Source: an uncultured Spirochaetota bacterium (GTDB taxonomy: Bacteria > Spirochaetota > Spirochaetia > SZUA-6 > CAVTHK01). From it: DNA of 64,000 bases. Position 1 is the first letter of the stretch. Each line of letters opens with the position of its first letter. The notes below the pieces were generated by a model that was not told where the DNA came from, ran no database searches, and saw nothing but the letters and a program-made list of their open reading frames with translations. The stretch covers positions 96,001 through 160,000 of the forward strand of contig CAVTHK010000010.1 in the NCBI GenBank assembly GCA_963734495.1. Reading direction: 5' to 3'. Made by a program: the position numbers and the translations under genes. This document shows positions 50,242 through 60,858 of the stretch, piece by piece.

Positions 50242-50929
50242 CGTGCAGGTAATCCGCGTTGTACGGGTTCGCCCTGATCACGAGCGGGACGCGGCCGCTC
50301 ACGAGCACGCCTTCGTGCTCGAGCCCGTCGATCTTTGCGGGGTTGTTCGTGAGGAGAAGCACGCTGCGGATCCCCAGCAGCCCGATGATCCTCGCCGCCA
50401 CCTTGTAGTCGCGCGCGTCTTCGGGGAAACCGAGGTACAGGTTCGCCTCGATGGTGTCGAGCCCGAGGTCCTGCAGCTGGTACGCCTTGAGCTTGTTCAG
50501 CAGCCCGATCCCGCGGCCTTCCTGCTTCATGTAGATGACGACCCCGAACGGCTGCGAGCCGACGTAGCGCAGGGCGGCTTCGAGCTGCTCGCGGCAGTCG
50601 CACCGCAGGGACCCGAGCACGTCGCCGGTGTGGCACTCGGAGTGGATGCGCAGCGGGCAGTCCGCCGCGCCGCGCACGTCGCCCTTGATGATGGCGGTGT
50701 GCTCCTTGCACTCCCGCCCGTCGTAGAAGCCCACGATCACGAACCGCCCGTAGCGAGTCGGAAGCTGCGCGCGCGCCACCTCGACCACGCACAATTCCCC
50801 GCCGTCGGTCTCGTCGTCGCTCGGGCAGTACTCGTCGTCGTCCACGAAACTGGGGCTCCCGCGGAGCTTGCCGGCGAGACGCGCCCGCAGCGCTGCCACG
50901 CCGTCGGTGCCGCCTGCTGTGTGCTTCAT
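50210..50929 (-). CDS. ribA: GTP cyclohydrolase II
   Basis: LPTRYG.F, RIHSECHTGDVLGSLRCDC, QEGRGIGL.NK, LLTNNP.K, N..YL..K...MGH. Confidence 0.96.
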   Translation of the reverse strand: MKHTAGGTDGVAALRARLAGKLRGSPSFVDDDEYCPSDDETDGGELCVVEVARAQLPTRYGRFVIVGFYDGRECKEHTAIIKGDVRGAADCPLRIHSECHTGDVLGSLRCDCREQLEAALRYVGSQPFGVVIYMKQEGRGIGLLNKLKAYQLQDLGLDTIEANLYLGFPEDARDYKVAARIIGLLGIRSVLLLTNNPAKIDGLEHEGVLVSGRVPLVIRANPYNADYLHVKKSQMGHLF

Positions 50930-51108
50930 CCCGGCAAAGATAGCCGCCCCCCGACGGGGCGTCAAATCACGCCCCCCGCGGGCGCCTCGCGCCGCGCCGC
51001 CCCCGCGCTCGCCCTGCTCGCCGCGCACCTTGACTTTGACGCCCCGATTCAACTATTTTGTGGCGTCCCACTTTTCCCTCCTTGTCAATCCGACATCGGG
51101 AGTGCTCA

Positions 51109-53181
<2,073 letters not shown>

Positions 53182-53206
53182 AAAAAAGCAGCGGGAGGAA
53201 AAGGCC

Positions 53207-53911
53207 ATGGTAAGGGCGGAGCTTATCAAGCGCAGTCCCCTGAGGATCCTGGAAAAGACGACCCACGGCGGTCTCGGCAAGGGCAACGTCGGGGTCGTCG
53301 CCGCGAAGAAAGGCACGGGCAAGACCGCTTTTCTGGTCCACCTCGCCACCGACCAGCTCTTCCAGGGCAGGCACGTGATCCACGTCTCGTACGCCGGCAA
53401 GACCGACCACATCATCGACTGGTACGAGGAGATCTTCGAGGAGATCGCCGAACGGTACCATCTCGACGGCCCGCACGAGGCCCACGACCAGGCCGTGAGG
53501 AACCGCGTCATCATGAACTTCAACCAGTCCGCGGTGCCGGTCTCGCAGGTCGCGCGCAGCCTGGCGGCCATGATCCGTGACGGCCACTTCGACGCCGACC
53601 TCGTCATCGTCGACGGCTTCGACTTCGGCAGGGCGAGCCCGGCCGACATCGAGCAGTTCCGCGCCTTCGCGCGCGAGATGGAGCTGGAGGTGTGGTTCAG
53701 CGCGACGCTCCCGCAGGACGAGGAAGTGCCGCCCGGGGTGCCGCCGCTGGTCTCCCGCTACCTGCCGGTGATCGACGTGCTTCTGGTGCTCAGGCCGCGG
53801 GAGAACTACCTGCTTCTGGACCTGCTCAAGGACCACGGCTACCCGGTGCCGGACAACCTGCACCTCGAGCTCGACCCGAAAATCCTGCTCATTCTGGAGC
53901 GGCCCGCCTGA
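53207..53911 (+). CDS. RecA/DnaB/KaiC-superfamily P-loop protein of unknown function
   Basis: GGLGKGNVGVVAAKKGTGKT (Walker A); LVIVDG (Walker B-like); GGAGGA SD. Confidence 0.75.
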   Translation: MVRAELIKRSPLRILEKTTHGGLGKGNVGVVAAKKGTGKTAFLVHLATDQLFQGRHVIHVSYAGKTDHIIDWYEEIFEEIAERYHLDGPHEAHDQAVRNRVIMNFNQSAVPVSQVARSLAAMIRDGHFDADLVIVDGFDFGRASPADIEQFRAFAREMELEVWFSATLPQDEEVPPGVPPLVSRYLPVIDVLLVLRPRENYLLLDLLKDHGYPVPDNLHLELDPKILLILERPA

Positions 53912-54197
53912 GGAGCGCGCGCACGCCCGCGAGCGCGTCGCGCCCGAGCGAAAGCCTCTTGTGGCGCGACGTCCCGCCCGCGGAGAGCGTGACGGACGAC
54001 CGCGGCACCCCGAGCAGGCCCGCGAGGTAGCGGACGAGCTCGAGGTTCGCACGCCCCTTTTCGGGCGCCGCGGCGACGCGCACCCACAACTCGCCGTCGC
54101 GGACGCCGCGGAGCTCGTTCTTAGGCGCGCCCGGGGTCACCCGCACCCTCAGCACGAGATGGTCGGCGAGAATGTCGTAGCACTCGTGTCCGCTCAT
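53889..54197 (-). CDS. DUF167 (YggU) family protein
   Basis: VRVTPGA, LWVRVAAAPEKGRAN.EL..YLA, GGTSRHK. Confidence 0.88.
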   Translation of the reverse strand: MSGHECYDILADHLVLRVRVTPGAPKNELRGVRDGELWVRVAAAPEKGRANLELVRYLAGLLGVPRSSVTLSAGGTSRHKRLSLGRDALAGVRALLRRAAPE

Positions 54198-54269
54198 CGC
54201 TCCCGGGCCGCGCCCGCTGCGGCCAAGCCCTCGCTTCCCCGCACCTACATTACCTGTTATATTCGCGTC

Positions 54270-55220
54270 ATGAAAAGTCCATTGATGGCGATCGCCAGCC
54301 GTCTCGAGCAGAACATTGCGCGTGTGTTCGTGGGAAAGGAATCGCAGGTCCGGCTCATGCTGGTCGGGTTCCTGTCCGGCCTGCACGTCCTGATCGAAGA
54401 CATCCCCGGCGTCGGCAAGACCACGCTCGCGCGTTCGCTCGCGTCCAGCGTGGGCCTGGACTTCGGACGCATCCAGTTCACCCCCGACCTCCTCCCCGGC
54501 GACATCGTCGGGATGACCATCTGGAACCAGGAAAAGCGCGACTTCGCCTACAAGGCGGGCGCGATCATGCACCAGTTCATCCTCGCCGACGAGATCAACC
54601 GCGCCTCCCCGCGGACGCAGTCGAGCCTCCTCGAGGCGATGGAAGAAGGCTCAGTGACCGTCGACGGGATCACGCACGCGCTGCCCAAGCCGTTCTTCGT
54701 CATCGCCACTCAGAACCCCGTGAACTTCCTCGGGGCCTTCCCTCTGCCGGAGGCGCAGGTCGACCGCTTCGGCATCTCCTTTTCCCTCGGCTACCCCACG
54801 GAGGACAACGAGGTCGAGATCCTCTCGCGCTTCCAGACGGACAACCCGCTGCTCTCCCTCCATGCTGTCTGCACGCCCGAGGAGATCCTCGAGGTGCGCA
54901 AGCACACGCGCATGGTCCACGTCGACGACAAGATCAAGCACTACATCGCGGCGCTCACCTCTTCGACGCGCCGCGAGCCCCAGATCAAGCTCGGCCTGAG
55001 CCCGCGGGCCACGCAGCACCTCATGCTCGCCAGCCAGACGAGGGCCTTTGTCGAAGGCCGCGACTTCGCGATCCCCGAAGACGTGATCAGCGTCGCCGAG
55101 GGCGTGCTCTCGCACCGCCTCATCCTCTCGGCGGAAGCCAAGATGGAGAACAAGTCGCAGCAGGACATGATCCGCGCGGCGAGGAACCGCATTCCGATCC
55201 CGACGGGCCTCGCGCACTGA
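54270..55220 (+). CDS. MoxR family AAA+ ATPase
   Basis: HVLIEDIPGVGKT, RIQFTPDLLPGDI, LADEINRASPRTQSSLLEAMEE, ATQNP, LPEAQVDRF, SPRA. Confidence 0.95.
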   Translation: MKSPLMAIASRLEQNIARVFVGKESQVRLMLVGFLSGLHVLIEDIPGVGKTTLARSLASSVGLDFGRIQFTPDLLPGDIVGMTIWNQEKRDFAYKAGAIMHQFILADEINRASPRTQSSLLEAMEEGSVTVDGITHALPKPFFVIATQNPVNFLGAFPLPEAQVDRFGISFSLGYPTEDNEVEILSRFQTDNPLLSLHAVCTPEEILEVRKHTRMVHVDDKIKHYIAALTSSTRREPQIKLGLSPRATQHLMLASQTRAFVEGRDFAIPEDVISVAEGVLSHRLILSAEAKMENKSQQDMIRAARNRIPIPTGLAH

Positions 55221-55310
55221 CCCGGGCCGGCCCTCCCGGAGACACGACCATTCCCTCGCCTTGCGGCCGGCGCCCGCGCGCGCTATAAAGGCCCGAGAGG
55301 AGGCGCCGCC

Positions 55311-56100
55311 GTGACACGCATCGGTATCCTCGGATTCGGCAACATGGGAAGCGCCCTGGCCGCGGGCCTGCAGCGTTCCGGCGGCTTCGCCGTGACGGTC
55401 AACGACATCCGGCCGGAGCGGGCGCGAAGAGGCGCGGGAGCGCTTCGGCCTCGCCGTGGTCGACGACAAGAAGGAGCTCTTCGCGGGCTCCGACATCGTC
55501 GTGATCGCGGTCAAGCCGCAGGAGTGGCGCGGCCTGGCGCCGTTGCTCGGCGGGGTGGGGCGCGGCCGCGCGGCCATCAGCATCATGGCCGGAGTGGGGC
55601 TGGCGGGGATCCGGGAGGAGCTGCAGGCGGATGCGGTCGCGCGCTTCATGCCCAACCTGGCGGCACGGGAGGGCAAGGCGCTGGTCGGCGTGGCGTTCAG
55701 CGAGCCGGCGTCCGAGCCTTTCCGCGAGGCGGCACTCGACGTGGCCCGCGCCATCGGCACTCCGCTCGAGGTGCGCGAATCCCTGATGGCCGCCATCACC
55801 GGCATCTCGGGCTCCGGCATCGCGTTCGTCTTCGCTTTCCTCCACGCCATGGCGCTGGGCGGCGTCTCCGTGGGTCTCGCCTACCCCAAGGCGCTCACGG
55901 CCGCTCTCGCGACGATCGAGGGCGCCGTCGAGGTCGTGCGCCGCAGCGGCGAGAACCCCACCGAGTGGCTCACGCGAGTCATCTCGCCCGCGGGCACGAC
56001 GATCAGGGGCGTCGAGGCCCTCGAGGCCGGCGGATTCACCCATGCGGTGATCAAGGCGATCGAGGCGGCCACCGCCCGGGCGCTGGAGCTGGAGAGCTGA
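55311..56100 (+). CDS. proC: Pyrroline-5-carboxylate reductase; frameshift near 55435
   Basis: IGILGFGNMGSAL, AVKPQ, ISIMAG, RFMPN, TGISGSG, VISPAGTTIRG. Confidence 0.92.
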
Positions 56101-56109
56101 GGGACCCTT

Positions 56110-57390
56110 TCAGGGCTTCAGCACGTCCGCGCCGACCCAGTCGCGCAGCACCTCGGGGACCACGACGCTGCCGTCGGCCTGCTGGTGCTGCTCGCACATC
56201 GCGGGGATGACCCGGCTGGTGGCAAGCCCGGAGGCGTTCAGCGTGTGCACCAGGGCGTTCTTGCCGCCCCGGGACGGCTTGTATCGGATGTTGCCGCGCC
56301 GCGCCTGGTAGTCGCGCGCGTTCGAGGCGGAGCTCACTTCCTTGAACTCGCCGATGCTCGGGATCCAGACCTCTATGTCGAACGTGCGCGCCATCGCCGC
56401 GCTGCAGTCGCCCGCCGCGAGCTTGCTCACCCGGTAGTGCAGCCCCAGCCCCTCGACGAGGCGCTCCGCCTTGCCGATGAGCTCCTCCATGGCCGCGTCC
56501 GAGCCTTCGGGCGTCGTGTACTGGACCATCTCCACCTTGTTGAACTGGTGCCCGCGGATCGTCCCGCGCTCCTCGGTGCGGTAGCTGCCGGCCTCTCGCC
56601 GGTAGCAGGGGGTGTACGCGCACAGCCGGATCGGCAGGTCCTCCTCCCGGAGGATCTCGTCGCGGTAGAGGTTGACCAGGGCGGTCTCTGCCGTCGGCAG
56701 CAGGAACTGCGTCGGCTGCTCCTTGTCGTCTCGCGCGAGGGCGAAGACGTCGCCCGAGAACTTCGGGAACTGCCCGGCGGTGTAGCCGCAGGCGTAGTTC
56801 AGGAGATGCGGCGGGAGAACGAGCTCGTAGCCGTCCTTCTGGTGCTCGCGGATGAAGTAATTGATCAGCGCCCACTCGAGCCGGGCGCCCATGCCGCGGT
56901 AGATCCAGAACCCGGTGCCGCCCAGCTTGACTCCGCGCTCGAAGTCGATCAGGCCGAGGCTCTGAGCGAGGGCTACATGGTCTTTCGGCTCGAAAGCGAA
57001 CTCCGGCCTGGTCCCTCTCAGGCGCAGGACCTGGTTCGCTTCCTTCCCGCCCGCCGGCACGTCCTCGTCCGGCAGGTTGGGCAGGGCGTCGAGGATCTCC
57101 TGCACCTGCTCTTCGGCCAGGGCGCGCTCGGCGTCGAGCGCCTTGATCTGGTCCGAGACCGCCTTCATCTCCGTCATCAGGGCGGAGACGTCCTGGCCGC
57201 TCTTCCTGAGGCGCGGGATGTCCGCCGACACCTTGTTGCGCTTCGCCTTGAGCTCCTCGGAGCGCGTGATCAGGTCGCGGCGCGCCGCGTCGCTCGCGAG
57301 CAGCTTGCCCAGGTCCACGTCGGCGCCGCGCTTGAGCAGGCCGCGCCTCACCCGCTCCGGATCTTCCCTGATCAGATTGAGGTCGAGCAT
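56110..57390 (-). CDS. serS: Serine--tRNA ligase
   Basis: MLDLNLIR, GQFPKF, LLPTAE, CYRREAGS, IRGHQFNKVE, EVSSASN, HTLNASGLA. Confidence 0.98.
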   Translation of the reverse strand: MLDLNLIREDPERVRRGLLKRGADVDLGKLLASDAARRDLITRSEELKAKRNKVSADIPRLRKSGQDVSALMTEMKAVSDQIKALDAERALAEEQVQEILDALPNLPDEDVPAGGKEANQVLRLRGTRPEFAFEPKDHVALAQSLGLIDFERGVKLGGTGFWIYRGMGARLEWALINYFIREHQKDGYELVLPPHLLNYACGYTAGQFPKFSGDVFALARDDKEQPTQFLLPTAETALVNLYRDEILREEDLPIRLCAYTPCYRREAGSYRTEERGTIRGHQFNKVEMVQYTTPEGSDAAMEELIGKAERLVEGLGLHYRVSKLAAGDCSAAMARTFDIEVWIPSIGEFKEVSSASNARDYQARRGNIRYKPSRGGKNALVHTLNASGLATSRVIPAMCEQHQQADGSVVVPEVLRDWVGADVLKP

Positions 57391-57530
57391 TGCGGCGCGA
57401 ACACTATCACGGCGGTCGCGCGGCGGTCAAACCTCCCGGGTACAGGAAGGTACAGGAGGCCGGGGGGCGCCAGCCAGGGGCGATGTCCCGCCCGGGGCGG
57501 GGGGCGCCCGCGAGTACGGCGGGCGATTCC

Positions 57531-57597
57531 GTCCCGCGGCGGGACCAGGGCTCCCACCGAAGGGCGGGCGCTGCCGTCCCGCAGCGGGACGGCAGCG
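57531..57597. repeat. Two copies of the palindrome GTCCCGC-N-GCGGGAC; the second extends to a perfect 14-bp inverted repeat
   Basis: Copies at 57531-57545 and 57576-57590; CGCTGCCGTCCCGC-A-GCGGGACGGCAGCG spans 57569-57597. Confidence 0.8.
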
Positions 57598-57666
57598 AAA
57601 ACCGGTCGACAAACGGCGGAGGCTGGCATATATTCAGCGTAGATTCCTTTAGTTGCGAGGCCAAGA

Positions 57667-57906
57667 ATGACTGTCACCTACTGCGATGTCACCGGGAAGG
57701 TTGTCCCTCGTGCGACCACGAACTACACCTGGGAGACCCGGGCAAACCGCTACGAGACGCTCCTCACCAAGGACCTCTCGCCGGACGGCAAAGAGAAGCT
57801 CGACGCCGCCACCCAGCGCATGATGTCGAACAAGAATGTCTTCGCGTTCATGGACTACAAGGCCACCCGCAAGACCGCCCTCGAAAGGGTGACGAGCAGG
57901 CGCTGA
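57667..57906 (+). CDS. Small hypothetical protein (79 aa)
   Basis: TCGACA-N17-TATATT promoter (57606-57634), GAGG SD and GC3-rich coding-like codon pattern. Confidence 0.7.
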   Translation: MTVTYCDVTGKVVPRATTNYTWETRANRYETLLTKDLSPDGKEKLDAATQRMMSNKNVFAFMDYKATRKTALERVTSRR

Positions 57907-57951
57907 CGCGCGCACCCGGACGCGGCCGGGCCTGCCGCCCGCCGAGGTTGC

Positions 57952-59049
57952 ATGAAAGTCGTCCCGTTTCCGCGGGCCGCGGGCTGCCGCGTGATAGCCG
58001 AGGCGGGCACGAGCCACGGCGCGGACCTCGCGAAAGCCCTCGAGCTCGTGGACGCCGCCGCGGAGGCGGGCGCCGACTGCGTCAAGTTCCAGGTCGTATT
58101 CGCTGATGAGCTCATCCACCCGCTCACGGGGCCCGTCGCGCTGCCCGGCGGAGCGGTGGACCTCTATGCGAGCTTCCGCGGCGTCGAGCGCGAGCCCGGG
58201 TTCTACCTGCGCATCCGCGAGCACGCCGAGCGCCGCGGCCTCCTCTTCCTGAGCACCGCCTTCGGCCTCCGCAGCGCGCGGCTCCTGCGCGACATCGGAT
58301 GCCGCGCGCTGAAGATCGCGTCCCCGGAGCTCAACCACTACCCCCTCCTCCGCGAAGCCGCCACCTACGGCCTGCCCCTGGTGCTGTCGACGGGGGTCTC
58401 GACGCTCGCCGACATCGAGCGAGCGATGGACTGCGCGGGGGAGACCGCGGGGCTCCTGTTGCACTGCGTGACCGCCTACCCGGCGCCTCCCGAGGACTAC
58501 AACCTGCGGGTCCTCCAGCCCCTGGCCGCGCTCTTCGGGCTGCCCGTGGGCGTATCGGACCACTCGCTCGACCCGCGCCTGGTCCCGGCGGTCGCGGCCG
58601 CGTGCGGCGCCGCAGCCGTGGAGAAGCACTTCACGCTCGATCGGGCGGGCCGCGGCCTCGACGATCCGATCGCCCTCGAGCCCGCGCAGCTGGCCGCCAT
58701 GGTGCGGACGGTCCGCGCCGTCGAGGGCCGTCCCGATGCGCTGGACGAGCTGCGGCGGGAGCACGGGCAGGCCCGGGTCGACGCGGTGCTCGGCAGCGGC
58801 CGCAAGCGACTCGCGCCTTCGGAGCGCGGGAACTACGGCACGACCAACCGCTCGCTCCACGCCGTGCGCGATCTTCCCGCCTCGACCGTGCTGACGGAGG
58901 ACAACGTCGCGGTCCTGCGCACGGAGAAGAACCTCACGCCGGGCCTCGGCCCGGAGCACCTCGAGCTGATCCTCGGCCGCCGCGTGGTCAGGCCCGTTGC
59001 CGCGGGAGCCGGGATCGTCTGGGACGACGTGCTGCCGCCGCGGGCCTGA
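57952..59049 (+). CDS. N-acetylneuraminate/pseudaminate synthase family (NeuB/PseI) with SAF domain
   Basis: IAEAG.SH, GADCVKFQ, KIASPE, LSTG, LLHCVTAYP, GVSDHS, EKHFTL; C-terminal SAF-like region. Confidence 0.92.
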   Translation: MKVVPFPRAAGCRVIAEAGTSHGADLAKALELVDAAAEAGADCVKFQVVFADELIHPLTGPVALPGGAVDLYASFRGVEREPGFYLRIREHAERRGLLFLSTAFGLRSARLLRDIGCRALKIASPELNHYPLLREAATYGLPLVLSTGVSTLADIERAMDCAGETAGLLLHCVTAYPAPPEDYNLRVLQPLAALFGLPVGVSDHSLDPRLVPAVAAACGAAAVEKHFTLDRAGRGLDDPIALEPAQLAAMVRTVRAVEGRPDALDELRREHGQARVDAVLGSGRKRLAPSERGNYGTTNRSLHAVRDLPASTVLTEDNVAVLRTEKNLTPGLGPEHLELILGRRVVRPVAAGAGIVWDDVLPPRA

Positions 59050-59064
59050 AGTCGCGGCTGAGCC

Positions 59065-60858
59065 TCAGGCCCCCCACAGGGCGTCGCGCAGGCCCGAACG
59101 GCGCTCGGTCCGCGTCTCGACGGCGCTCCGCACGACGGCCTCGCGCCCCCAGATCTCCACGCTGCGCCGCGCCCTGGTGATCGCCGTGTAGAACAGCTCG
59201 CGGGTGAGCACCCGCACCGGCTCCGGCGGCAGCACGAGGAGCACGTCGTCGAACTCCGATCCCTGGCTCTTGTGCACGGTCAGCGCGTAGGCCGGCTCGT
59301 GCTCGGGCAGCCGGGTCGGCGACACGGCGCGCACCGCACCGGAGGACTCGGCGAACCAGACGCGCAGCTCGCCGTCGCCATCCGCGAGGACGAGCCCGAC
59401 GTCGCCGTTGTACAGCCGCTGCACGTGGTCGTTGCGGGTGACGAGCACCGGCAGCCCCGGATACCAGCGGCGGCCCGGCCGCACGAGCCCGGCGGCGGCG
59501 AGGCGGCGCTCGATCCAGCGGTTCAGCTCGATGGAGCCGGTCGGGCCGTTGCGGAGCGCGGCGAGCACGCAGAAGCCGCGGTAGCGGGCGAACGCTTCGG
59601 CGGGATCCGCGGCCCCCAGGTAGGCGGAGAAGCCCGCGACCACGCGGCCTGCGAGGCCCGCCGGATCCTCCACCAGCGCCGCCTCGCCGCCGCCCCGCAG
59701 CACGGCGACCGCGGCATCCGCGTCGCCGCGGTTGACCGCGCGGCTCAGGGCGCCGATGCCGCCCGTCGGGCTGAAGCGATAGCTGCGCTGCAGCGCAACG
59801 ATCGTGTCGCGGAGCGCAGGCGGCGCCGCGCCTGTTGCGCCGGAAGCAAGCGGGACGCCGGCGAGGTCCTTCACCTGGCTCCTGAATTCCTCGGAGAAGG
59901 GCACGTCGTCGAGCGCCTGGCACGCCGGCTGGCCCGGCGCAGAGGTCGCCGAGCACGGCGCCCGCTTCGACGGAGGCGAGCTGGTCGCGGTCGCCGAGCA
60001 GCAGGAGGCGCGTGGGCGTGCGAAAGCAGGCGCACCAGCGAAGCGAGCAGCGCGATGTCGGCCATCGAGGCCTCGTCCAGCACCACGACGTCGGGCGGCC
60101 GCGCCCGGCCGGACCGCAGCTCGTACAGCAGCCTGTGCACGGTGGTGCCGCCTTCGCTGCGCGTTCCCGCGCGGCGGCCGATCGCCTGCGCCAGCCTGTC
60201 CGCGGCCTTGCCGGTCGGCGCGGCGAGGACGGCGGAAATCCCGCCGTGCACCGCGGCGAGCAGGTCGAGGATGCGGCCCGCGACCGTCGTCTTGCCCGTG
60301 CCTGGTCCGCCGGTGACCACGCAGAAGCGGCGCAGGAGCGCGGCGACGGCGGCGACCTTCTGCCAGTCGGGGCCCTCCCCGCCGGCGCTCGCCGGGAACA
60401 GCCGCTCGAGCGCGGCCGCGGCCGCCGCGCGATCGAAGGCCTCGACCGGCGCCGCCGCGCGCGTGCGGATCCAGGCCGCGAGGTCCGCCTCGTAGGACCA
60501 GTACCGGTGAAGGTAGAGGCGACGCGCCCCGCGGTCCAGCACGAGGGGCGCGCGGCCTCCCGGCTCGCAGACGAGGGGCGACGCCTCCAGGGCCGACAGC
60601 CAGTCCTCGAGGCGCGGGCAGCGGACAGGCTCGTCGCCCTCCGCCCTCCTCGCCCTCCCCGATCGTCGCGCCCGCGGCCGCGCCCAGATCGAGGCAGACG
60701 TGACCGTCGGCGGCAGCCCGGCCCGCGAGCGCGGCGGCCAGCAGGACGTCCTCGGAGGCCTCGCCCCCGCCGGTCTCGAGCGACCCGAGCGTGCGGGCGA
60801 GCCAGTAGTCGAGGGGGCCGATCGCTTCGATTTCGCGGAGGCGCTCCAGAACGCTCAT
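59065..60858 (-). CDS. recD: Exodeoxyribonuclease V alpha subunit; several frameshifts
   Basis: GHVCLDL, LYLHRYW, WQKVA, TGGPGTGKTT, APTGKAA, DEASM, GDRDQLASVEAGAV, YNGDVG, AYALTVHKSQGSEF, YTAITRAR. Confidence 0.93.
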   Translation of the reverse strand: MSVLERLREIEAIGPLDYWLARTLGSLETGGGEASEDVLLAAALAGRAAADGHVCLDLGAAAGATIGEGEEGGGRRACPLPAPRGLAVGPGGVAPRLRAGRPRAPRAGPRGASPLPSPVLVLRGGPRGLDPHARGGAGRGLRSRGGRGRARAAVPGERRRGGPRLAEGRRRRRAPAPLLRGHRRTRHGQDDGRGPHPRPARRGARRDFRRPRRADRQGRGQAGAGDRPPRGNAQRRRHHRAQAAVRAAVRPGAAARRRGAGRGLDGRHRAARFAGAPAFARPRASCCSATATSSPPSKRAPCSATSAPGQPACQALDDVPFSEEFRSQVKDLAGVPLASGATGAAPPALRDTIVALQRSYRFSPTGGIGALSRAVNRGDADAAVAVLRGGGEAALVEDPAGLAGRVVAGFSAYLGAADPAEAFARYRGFCVLAALRNGPTGSIELNRWIERRLAAAGLVRPGRRWYPGLPVLVTRNDHVQRLYNGDVGLVLADGDGELRVWFAESSGAVRAVSPTRLPEHEPAYALTVHKSQGSEFDDVLLVLPPEPVRVLTRELFYTAITRARRSVEIWGREAVVRSAVETRTERRSGLRDALWGA

